DNA of 35,255 nt from the NCBI GenBank assembly GCA_037441285.1, contig JBBISL010000020.1, positions 1 to 35,255 on the forward strand. Direction: 5' to 3'. Below are positions 28,486 through 35,255 of the stretch, one piece after another. Position 1 is the first letter of the stretch; the number at the start of each line of letters is the position of its first letter. The position numbers and the translations under genes were made by a program. This DNA comes from a candidate division WOR-3 bacterium (GTDB lineage Bacteria; Hydrothermota; Tepidihabitantia; Tepidihabitantales; Tepidihabitantaceae). The notes beneath the pieces were generated by a model that saw nothing but the letters and a program-made list of their open reading frames with translations, ran no database searches and was not told where the DNA came from.

Positions 28486-28570
28486 TCCTCTATTCAGTCA
28501 GGATTTCAATCTCGAAGATTGGAGACTAATGACTTTACCTCGGAGTTTTGCTTAACTAAGGAGGAATGAT

Positions 28571-29956
28571 ATGATTAAATTCAAACCGGGGAACCTAAGG
28601 GTCCCCCAATTTCAACGACCGGTGTATGTTGTAGCGGGCGGAACGACCGACTATCGTAAAACTTACCCCGAATACAAATTAGAAGAACTGTGTATGATGG
28701 CATTCCGTATGCTTCTCGAAGAGAACGACCTCAAACTACCACCGCTGGAAGTCAAAGGTCTTATCAATATGGCGTGTTACGGTGAGTTCGCCGACCACTT
28801 TCAAGACCAGTTACTATGCGAGGCAAAGGTTCACGATTACTTAGGGCTTGACCCCTTGCCTAATGTTGGCATCAAAACCGGCGGCGCCACTGGTGGCTAC
28901 ACGACATTGGTCGGTGCCAATATGGTTGCCTCTGGCTATGCCAATTGCGTTTTAGTTATGGGCTGGGAACGGATGGATGAAGTCGACACCAGAACCGGAA
29001 ACTACTACATCTCCACTGCGGCTTGCAAAGACTTTGAAACCAGACTTGCCCGAATGTATGCCGCGTATTATGCACCGATGGCTCGGCGATTCGCCCATAT
29101 TTTCAAAGTAAAAGAAGAGGTTCGGGCGGCAATAGCTGTAAAAAATAAAGGCTATGCCTACTACTCGCCCTTTGCTCAACAACCCGCAAAATTAACGGTC
29201 GAAGAAGTCCTTAAAGGCAGAATTGCCTGTGACCCACTCCGGATGCACGAATGTTGTGCGATGAGTGTCGGTGCCGCTGCTGTTCTCCTGTGTGATGAAG
29301 AGACCGCATATAAACTTACCGACCATCCAATGAAACTTTACATCGCGGGCGGAACTCATACGCTGCGCGTCGCTGACCGGCGCAATATGGAAATTCCCCT
29401 TCTCCCCCACGAAACGCCAGGAATGTACGACTGGGTGGAAAAAGAACTTAAAGAGCCGTATCCCGGATTTCAGAGTTTTCTTGCTTCTCGTTTTGCGGCA
29501 TATATGGCATACCGGATGGCAGGAATTAAGAAAGAACCCTGTGAGGAGTTCGATTTGGTGGAACTGCACGACGCCTTTACCATTTCCGATTTACAAACGT
29601 ACGGTGATATCGGCTTAAGGCCCTACGGCAAAGAGGAAGAATACATCACATCCGGTGATGCTTATTACGGCGGCAGATGCCCATCCAATCTTTCCGGTGG
29701 TTTGTTAGGTACGATGCACGCCGTCGGTGCAACAGGTATTTTCCAGTGTGTCGAGTGCTTCTGGCAACTTCAGGGTAAGTATGACAAGTTTCACGGGACC
29801 GAGCGAATGTGGACCCGCTATGGGAAAACTAAACCCGCGGATTGGAAGTCCCTGCAGATTCCAAGACGAAGACGGGCGTTATGGATATCCCACGCCGGCG
29901 TGGGTTCGCATGTCACCTGTGGAATTTTAGTCAACCCCGAAGAAGTAAAAGAATAG
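28571..29956 (+). CDS. Thiolase-like protein (SCP2/Ltp2/archaeal type) lacking the canonical nucleophilic Cys
   Basis: AVKN...SPFAQ, VGAAAV, VELHDAFTI, NLSGGLLGTMHAVGATG; KTGGATGG at the position of the usual ACASG motif. Confidence 0.9.
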   Translation: MIKFKPGNLRVPQFQRPVYVVAGGTTDYRKTYPEYKLEELCMMAFRMLLEENDLKLPPLEVKGLINMACYGEFADHFQDQLLCEAKVHDYLGLDPLPNVGIKTGGATGGYTTLVGANMVASGYANCVLVMGWERMDEVDTRTGNYYISTAACKDFETRLARMYAAYYAPMARRFAHIFKVKEEVRAAIAVKNKGYAYYSPFAQQPAKLTVEEVLKGRIACDPLRMHECCAMSVGAAAVLLCDEETAYKLTDHPMKLYIAGGTHTLRVADRRNMEIPLLPHETPGMYDWVEKELKEPYPGFQSFLASRFAAYMAYRMAGIKKEPCEEFDLVELHDAFTISDLQTYGDIGLRPYGKEEEYITSGDAYYGGRCPSNLSGGLLGTMHAVGATGIFQCVECFWQLQGKYDKFHGTERMWTRYGKTKPADWKSLQIPRRRRALWISHAGVGSHVTCGILVNPEEVKE

Positions 29957-29964
29957 GAGAAGCG

Positions 29965-30525
29965 ATGAAAAAACAAACAGCGAAACATCGTAAAACAACA
30001 AGCCAAAAACATCGTCCTGCAACATCAAAAACGCCACGGGCGCCCGAAGTGAAACTCATCGGAGAACCGATGATGGTTGAACGGATGGAACCGGCGATGG
30101 TTATTCAGTGGCCCCGAACCCTCGTCCACCATCATACCTACGGTTTACTTACCCCATTTTTTGAGGGACTGAAAAAAGGCGTCCTCCGCGCCACAAAATG
30201 CCCAACACCCGGTTGTGAACCCGGCTTCTGGCTTCCACCCCGTGCCGACTGTCCTGACTGCCACGCGCGAATGGAATGGGTCGAGTTACCCAATCCGGTA
30301 ATCGGTGAAATATTTACCTTCACCCGCGTTGAATACCCTGGATTCGGCATCGAACTCTCTTATCCTTATTACCAGATTGATGTTAAAATCCCTGGCTGCT
30401 GCACGATTATGAAAGGTTATTTAATCCGGGGTGAGGCGAAGATTGGAATGAAGGTAAAGGCGGGATTCCGAACGCGGAAACCCACCAACACCATTCTCGA
30501 CCTGTATTGGGAACCGCTCGAATAG
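29965..30525 (+). CDS. DUF35/ChsH2-like Zn-ribbon plus OB-fold protein
   Basis: FFEGLKKGVLRATKCPTPGC...PPRADCPDC...WVEL...GEIFTFT...IGMKVKA. ATG at 29965 with an AGGAG SD preferred over 29842. Confidence 0.9.
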   Translation: MKKQTAKHRKTTSQKHRPATSKTPRAPEVKLIGEPMMVERMEPAMVIQWPRTLVHHHTYGLLTPFFEGLKKGVLRATKCPTPGCEPGFWLPPRADCPDCHARMEWVELPNPVIGEIFTFTRVEYPGFGIELSYPYYQIDVKIPGCCTIMKGYLIRGEAKIGMKVKAGFRTRKPTNTILDLYWEPLE

Positions 30526-30555
30526 GGATTATTTTACCAAAAAATTAGAAATCCC

Positions 30556-30581
30556 CGGGTTAAGGCATATACATTAACCCG
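30556..30581. terminator. Inverted repeat between the convergent DUF35 gene and mazG
   Basis: CGGGTTAA-GGCATATACA-TTAACCCG (8-bp stem); a second stem GGGATT/AATCCC at 30525-30555; no U tract immediately adjacent. Confidence 0.45.
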
Positions 30582-31367
30582 CTACCGGACATACCCGCGA
30601 CCATTTGTTTTAGGTCTTCGCTTCTTTGCTCGCTGCCACACCCATTCCATCTCCGCCAGTGGTACCGAACTCAACTCCCTTCGCTGCCTCTTAAACTCCT
30701 GCTCCACAACCTCAAAACGCTCGCGAAACTTTCGGTTTGCATCCTTCAAAGTGCCCTCGGCATCAACCCCGAGGTGACGACATAGATTCACCAGAGCAAA
30801 AAGCAGGTCACCCAGCTCTTCCTTAACTCGTTTTCGGTAAACTCTTTGCCGGTTCAACTCCGCCTTCAATTCGCTGATTTCCTCCTCTACTTTGCTCAAA
30901 ACATCCTTCGGTTTTTCCCAATCAAACCCAACCCGCTGGCATCGCTCCTGAATCAACTGCGCCTGCTGTAATGCCGGCAGACCCGCCGGAATTCCAGATA
31001 GGATAGAACGCCTTCCCTTCTTTGCCTTGATTTTTTCCCAGTTGCGGAGGACATCATCGGCACCTTTTACCTTGACCGTTCCATATACGTGCGGATGCCT
31101 TGCTTTTAACTTTTCCACCACCCCGGCAAGAATATCGTTAAGTTTTACCCCCTCTTTCTCTTCAAGGATTTGCGCCAGAAACAAGCCCATAAATAGATAA
31201 TCACCCAGTTCCTCCTGAATCGCTGCTTTATCCTTGCGGCGCAGCGCTTCATCGAGTTCAAATACTTCGTTGATTAAAAGAGGACGGGTTGAACTCAAAT
31301 TCTGCTTTCGGTCCCAGGGACACTTCTGGCGAAGGGTCCTTATCACCTTGAGTAGTTCCTTGAACAT
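30582..31367 (-). CDS. mazG: Nucleoside triphosphate pyrophosphohydrolase MazG
   Basis: CPWD, EELGD (twice), RHPHVYG, NWEKIK, VGFDW, ANRKFRERF. Confidence 0.96.
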   Translation of the reverse strand: MFKELLKVIRTLRQKCPWDRKQNLSSTRPLLINEVFELDEALRRKDKAAIQEELGDYLFMGLFLAQILEEKEGVKLNDILAGVVEKLKARHPHVYGTVKVKGADDVLRNWEKIKAKKGRRSILSGIPAGLPALQQAQLIQERCQRVGFDWEKPKDVLSKVEEEISELKAELNRQRVYRKRVKEELGDLLFALVNLCRHLGVDAEGTLKDANRKFRERFEVVEQEFKRQRRELSSVPLAEMEWVWQRAKKRRPKTNGRGYVR

Positions 31368-31373
31368 TTTTTC

Positions 31374-31401
31374 AGTCTAATCAAATTGGCGGGCAAGGCA
31401 A
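31374..31401 (-). promoter_or_regulatory. sigma70-type promoter for mazG (probably leaderless)
   Basis: Minus strand reads TTGCCT-16 bp-TAGACT, then 6 nt to ATG; no SD. Confidence 0.65.
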
Positions 31402-31418
31402 GTTAATAGCGATAGTAC

Positions 31419-31450
31419 AAAAATCGGGGCACAGGTTTCGAAAGAAACCC
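31419..31450 (-). terminator. Candidate terminator after the C25-PKD operon
   Basis: Minus strand GGGTTTC-TTTC-GAAACCT hairpin followed about 9 nt later by TTTTT. Confidence 0.4.
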
Positions 31451-31467
31451 AACTCTTTCAACGAGCG

Positions 31468-31851
31468 TCAACTCCCCGGCGTAATGGTATCGGTTATTCT
31501 CATCTTAAAACTATCAGACCAGGGCGACTCATTTCGGTCGATATCTCGTGCCTTGACCCGAATAAAATAGGTGTCGGGAATACAATAGATGTGGGTACGC
31601 TCAATCGTATCGCCGCTCTGGAAAAAGTAAGACCATTGCGGTACGGTTGTATCGCCCCATTCTACCCAGTATGTAACCATCTGGTCTTCGGGGACCAGGG
31701 TGTAGATTTGAATTGTGATTGTATCGCCGACTGCGCCACTATCCCGGCGGGCAAATATCTGCGGTTTTTGCGGTGCAAGTCCGGAATTGCATCCTGAATG
31801 GAAGAAAGTTACCACTACCCAGAGCGCAGAAAGAGCCAGTGCCCATCTCAT
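31468..31851 (-). CDS. Exported PKD-like domain protein, possibly a lipoprotein
   Basis: Signal peptide ending SG-C; YWVEWGD, HIY...G/D.Y.IRVKARD...ESPWS pattern; AGGTGA SD. Confidence 0.75.
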   Translation of the reverse strand: MRWALALSALWVVVTFFHSGCNSGLAPQKPQIFARRDSGAVGDTITIQIYTLVPEDQMVTYWVEWGDTTVPQWSYFFQSGDTIERTHIYCIPDTYFIRVKARDIDRNESPWSDSFKMRITDTITPGS

Positions 31852-31876
31852 TAATCACCTCTTTTCTTATCAACCC

Positions 31877-34800
31877 TCAACGGATAAACTGTACCTTCTG
31901 AATAAACTTTTTCTCTTCTGTACCGTTTTTTACCAGAAGCCGGCAGAAGTATACTCCGCTTGAAAGTCCATCGCAAGAAAGACGAGCCTGATGCCCACCG
32001 CTGGATTTAACACCCCGTTCAACTGTTTTGACCCTGCGACCCAAAGCATCAAACAATGCAAGGTCAACCAGACCGGTTTGCGCCAGAGTATAGTAAAGCA
32101 CTGTAGAACTGCTAATCGGGTTGGGTCTAATTTTCTCAATTCCAACCACCTGCAACCCTGACCGCTTTTCCTCTACTCCGGTTAAACCAGAAATCCCGAG
32201 CGAAAAGTAATTTAGCGTGATGTATCCTTCAGCCTGGACTCTCAGTCTGAACTCAAGGATAGAATCCGTCGGCTGCGACCCAATCTCAAGCCGGAACGGA
32301 TTGGTAATGTTGCTAACGGTCGCACCGGCAGGAATTAACCCTAAAACCGAGACTGAATCGAAAATAACCGCATCGTTATCTTCTGAATTCAGGGCAACAA
32401 CGCTGTTGACCGCATCATAACTTCCCCGATTTTGCAGAAAAACGGCGACCTCCAACCGTTCACCGGCTTCCCATAGCCCATTACCATTACCCTCAAGGGT
32501 ATCGCTCACCTGAACACCAGAAAGCACCAGCCAAGGGCTCACAATGTTTCTGGGCGGGTTGGTGGTGAATTTTATCGCCCGGTTCGCCTGAAGATAGGCG
32601 GCGGTGGATGCATAACTGTTGTTATAAAGATACTGGATTCCTCGCGTTTCTGTCCCATCCTCAATGCCCACAGTACAACTTGACCCCAGCGCAACCCGCT
32701 GATATTGGAAGACTATTTCGCCATCGCCCGTAGGTGTTGGATAGTAAGCCGGGTCATAGAGGATTACCTGAAAACTCTCGCGAATGTTAGGCTGATTGTA
32801 ATGCGCAAAATCCTTAAACTCAACAATCCAGCGGTGATTTACGGTATCAAAATACTGATATGCGGTCCCGTACCCATTATGGGTTTCATCGGGATTCAAA
32901 TCGTCCCAGAAGGGCGCAATCATAAAAGGCGGTCCCGCGGTATCGGGAATCGGACGGTTGGAACCAAAACGATAAGTGGTATATCCCAGTGTCAGAAAGC
33001 CGTTGGAACAGATTGAGACAAAATTGTCTCTTGTGCCGTAGTACTGAAATGTAAACGGAATGGGCAATGTTACTGTGACCGCATCTGAATCGGAAACGCC
33101 GGAAATCACCGCACCCGGTCCGGGTGGCGCCAGTTCCAGCCACTGGTAAACCGGTGCTCGGCCCGAGGATGTATCGGTATCATCATAACACCAGTAACCG
33201 TAAACATCAGGTCCGGTTGGTTCGCTTGTTACCCCTTCCTCGCCTGAGAGTTCGAAACTGAATGTGTCCGAATAATGGTAGGTACCGCCATCGCCCTGAA
33301 CTCTCACAAAAAAGCGTACCGGTTGGTTTCGCACCAGCCCGGGTCCAGCCGAAATCGCAAACCGGTCCAGTGAACCATTGTTTATCGCACCGGAGTCAAT
33401 CCTGCCATAATAGCCCGAAGAATCAACAACCACTACATTCGTATCAAGACAGGTGATAATACACTGCACCCTCTCCAGTGCTCCACCGCCTTGATTTATC
33501 AGTGCCAGCTGGACCAAACCGCTTTCCAGCCTACCTATTCTACCATTACCATTTCCGCCGGGTGCTGAATCAATAAAATATGCTGTATTGAGCCTGATTA
33601 AACCAGCCCGCACTGTTAAATCAAGCGGACATTGCCAGGAATCTCCTGCCTCGTCTCGGACCAGAATCGTCGCCGGGACAACAAACCCGTCGGGCATCAA
33701 ACTATCAACCCACAGTTCATACTGGTCGCCATTTCGCGTTGAATCCGGTGCTATCGTCCCATAATTTGATACGCTATCAAATACCTGCAACGCGGGCGAT
33801 GACACCCTTAACAAACCGGTAACACCATTCGCGGTAACACCTCCTACATTTTTCAAACTGACCGTCAAACGAAACCGCTCCCCGGGATTTATCAACCCGT
33901 CGTGATTTCCCAGGTAGTCGTCAATCGAACTGTGAACCGTGATAATAAAAGGTGTACCACTGGTTATTACCCGCACCTGTCCCTCATAAGGCAGAATGTT
34001 TTTTCCGGTAACCACAACATCCATCATCCCGATGTGAGTTGGGTTCACCAAGATATGAGCCGCTCCCTGCCCATCGGTTTTTTCCACCGCATAAGTCGCG
34101 CTGTCCATCGACACACACACGAGAGCCCCTTGGACCGGAACCCCATTTTGTAAAACTGTAACGACCATCTCCTGCGGCGCCATTTCAATCACCGAATCGA
34201 ACAAAACCGTAACCTCTTTGGGAACACCGGTCCAGATGTTCAACTCAGGGTCGCCAAGAAGATTCCACTCCTGGTAATATTGCTGCTCGTGAAAAAGCGA
34301 ATCAACCCAGAACCTGCCCCGCAGGGTTGCTGGACCAAGCCGGTACTCACCCTCCTGAAACAGGGCGGTAAAGAAACCCCGATAACAGGCGCTGCGCCGG
34401 TCCGAAATGTGTGACCCACTATTTGTTGTTCCAAAATAGGCAAGTACGCCACCGAGCGCAGAAGGTGTTCCTGCCCGAACAAACCGGTCACCCTGCTGTC
34501 CTCCGCCGTTAGTCGAAAGGTCAATCATTGCACAGGAACCGGAAACAACAATCGGTAACTTTGCCCCGTTATTCCACGACGAAGGGTCAACCCCGTTAAA
34601 AGGGGACCACCAGTCATAAACCCCCTGTCCCCGGTAAGTGATAAACATCCTGCCATCAATCCCGGCAGCGTTTACATGACTGGCATTGTGACCCGCATTG
34701 TTCAACAAACTTTCGGTTAAAACATAACCCGCATTCTGCCAGTAACTGCGCACCAGCCTGGCATCTGCCTGATAATAAACATCGGGCGGGTTATCCTCGC

Positions 34801-35255
34801 GCACCACCGTAGTCCCTTTCAGATAATAAAGGGTGTCAATTGTCTGCAGATTCGGCTTCTCATAAAGAAGGACCTTGGCAACCATTGTACTGCACTCCCG
34901 GGCGTTCATTGCAAAAAACCTGCCGACCGAAATCTCCATCTTGTAATCTCCAGACATATCCCCATAATAACAGTCGGTGGTACCGCCATAACTTGGAATC
35001 TGGCTGGGCGAGCCAACCAAAAGCACAAACTCCGGCTTTATGGGCCAGTTGTTGTAAGCGTTCCGAATATAAGACTGTATCTGTGAAGGGGTTGAACCAA
35101 TTTCCGATACGGAAACAACCTTCGCCTTCACCCCTTTCTTTGTCTTCCATTCGGCAAGCGGCTCAACTATCGGGACATAGGCAGGATGGGAAATGATAAG
35201 ATACCTTGCCCCTTCTTCAGCAAACCCTAATGCAAAAAGTAAAAAGATGCCAATT
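31877..35255 (-). CDS. C25 (gingipain)-family multidomain secreted protein with a T9SS-like C-terminal domain (start lies just outside the window)
   Basis: The frame stays open beyond the track's GTG at 35131: IGIFLLFALGFA-EEGARYLIISH...LAEWKTKKG. C25 motifs FVLLVG, DCYYG, SVGRF, WNLLGDP. C-terminus PNP...LFDALGRRV...LSSGVYF...QKVQFIR. Confidence 0.92.
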   Translation of the reverse strand, partial: IGIFLLFALGFAEEGARYLIISHPAYVPIVEPLAEWKTKKGVKAKVVSVSEIGSTPSQIQSYIRNAYNNWPIKPEFVLLVGSPSQIPSYGGTTDCYYGDMSGDYKMEISVGRFFAMNARECSTMVAKVLLYEKPNLQTIDTLYYLKGTTVVREDNPPDVYYQADARLVRSYWQNAGYVLTESLLNNAGHNASHVNAAGIDGRMFITYRGQGVYDWWSPFNGVDPSSWNNGAKLPIVVSGSCAMIDLSTNGGGQQGDRFVRAGTPSALGGVLAYFGTTNSGSHISDRRSACYRGFFTALFQEGEYRLGPATLRGRFWVDSLFHEQQYYQEWNLLGDPELNIWTGVPKEVTVLFDSVIEMAPQEMVVTVLQNGVPVQGALVCVSMDSATYAVEKTDGQGAAHILVNPTHIGMMDVVVTGKNILPYEGQVRVITSGTPFIITVHSSIDDYLGNHDGLINPGERFRLTVSLKNVGGVTANGVTGLLRVSSPALQVFDSVSNYGTIAPDSTRNGDQYELWVDSLMPDGFVVPATILVRDEAGDSWQCPLDLTVRAGLIRLNTAYFIDSAPGGNGNGRIGRLESGLVQLALINQGGGALERVQCIITCLDTNVVVVDSSGYYGRIDSGAINNGSLDRFAISAGPGLVRNQPVRFFVRVQGDGGTYHYSDTFSFELSGEEGVTSEPTGPDVYGYWCYDDTDTSSGRAPVYQWLELAPPGPGAVISGVSDSDAVTVTLPIPFTFQYYGTRDNFVSICSNGFLTLGYTTYRFGSNRPIPDTAGPPFMIAPFWDDLNPDETHNGYGTAYQYFDTVNHRWIVEFKDFAHYNQPNIRESFQVILYDPAYYPTPTGDGEIVFQYQRVALGSSCTVGIEDGTETRGIQYLYNNSYASTAAYLQANRAIKFTTNPPRNIVSPWLVLSGVQVSDTLEGNGNGLWEAGERLEVAVFLQNRGSYDAVNSVVALNSEDNDAVIFDSVSVLGLIPAGATVSNITNPFRLEIGSQPTDSILEFRLRVQAEGYITLNYFSLGISGLTGVEEKRSGLQVVGIEKIRPNPISSSTVLYYTLAQTGLVDLALFDALGRRVKTVERGVKSSGGHQARLSCDGLSSGVYFCRLLVKNGTEEKKFIQKVQFIR

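Overview
A dense, housekeeping-rich chromosomal segment of an anaerobic diderm bacterium. The repertoire (C25 and S8 proteases with T9SS-like C-terminal domains, V/A-type ATPase, split GcvPA/PB, long GlmL-like ATPase) suggests a WOR-3-like candidate-phylum organism; this is inference, not a database result. In order it contains: partial metG (missed by the ORF track), stand-alone hslV, a tilS-ftsH-dapA-dapB operon, a ferredoxin-sppA-BFD-flavoprotein operon, a ~650 bp spacer, an nfo/beta-CASP/lipoprotein/S8 operon, queD, gcvT-H-PA-(Cys-rich ORF)-PB-hypothetical-glmL-like, a GyrI-like lipoprotein gene heading a partial V/A-ATPase run (H/G, I, K, E) that continues into rfbD and a NUDIX gene, a Cys-less thiolase with a DUF35 partner, mazG, a PKD-like protein and a partial C25 protein. 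I found no mobile elements, CRISPR arrays, tRNA or rRNA. The most notable signals are: (1) ten sigma70-type promoters, eight with a 16-bp spacer, about half of them placed to give leaderless mRNAs; (2) the glycine cleavage operon fused to a Cys-rich mini-protein, a hypothetical protein and an orphan GlmL-like ATPase; (3) a thiolase lacking its nucleophilic Cys, paired with DUF35 behind a structured leader; (4) an SppA with a beta-barrel-like N-terminus inserted into an amino-acid dehydrogenase operon; (5) a propeptide-less C25 protein with Gln at the catalytic His position; (6) a split, probably Na+-type V/A-ATPase with an expanded subunit I.
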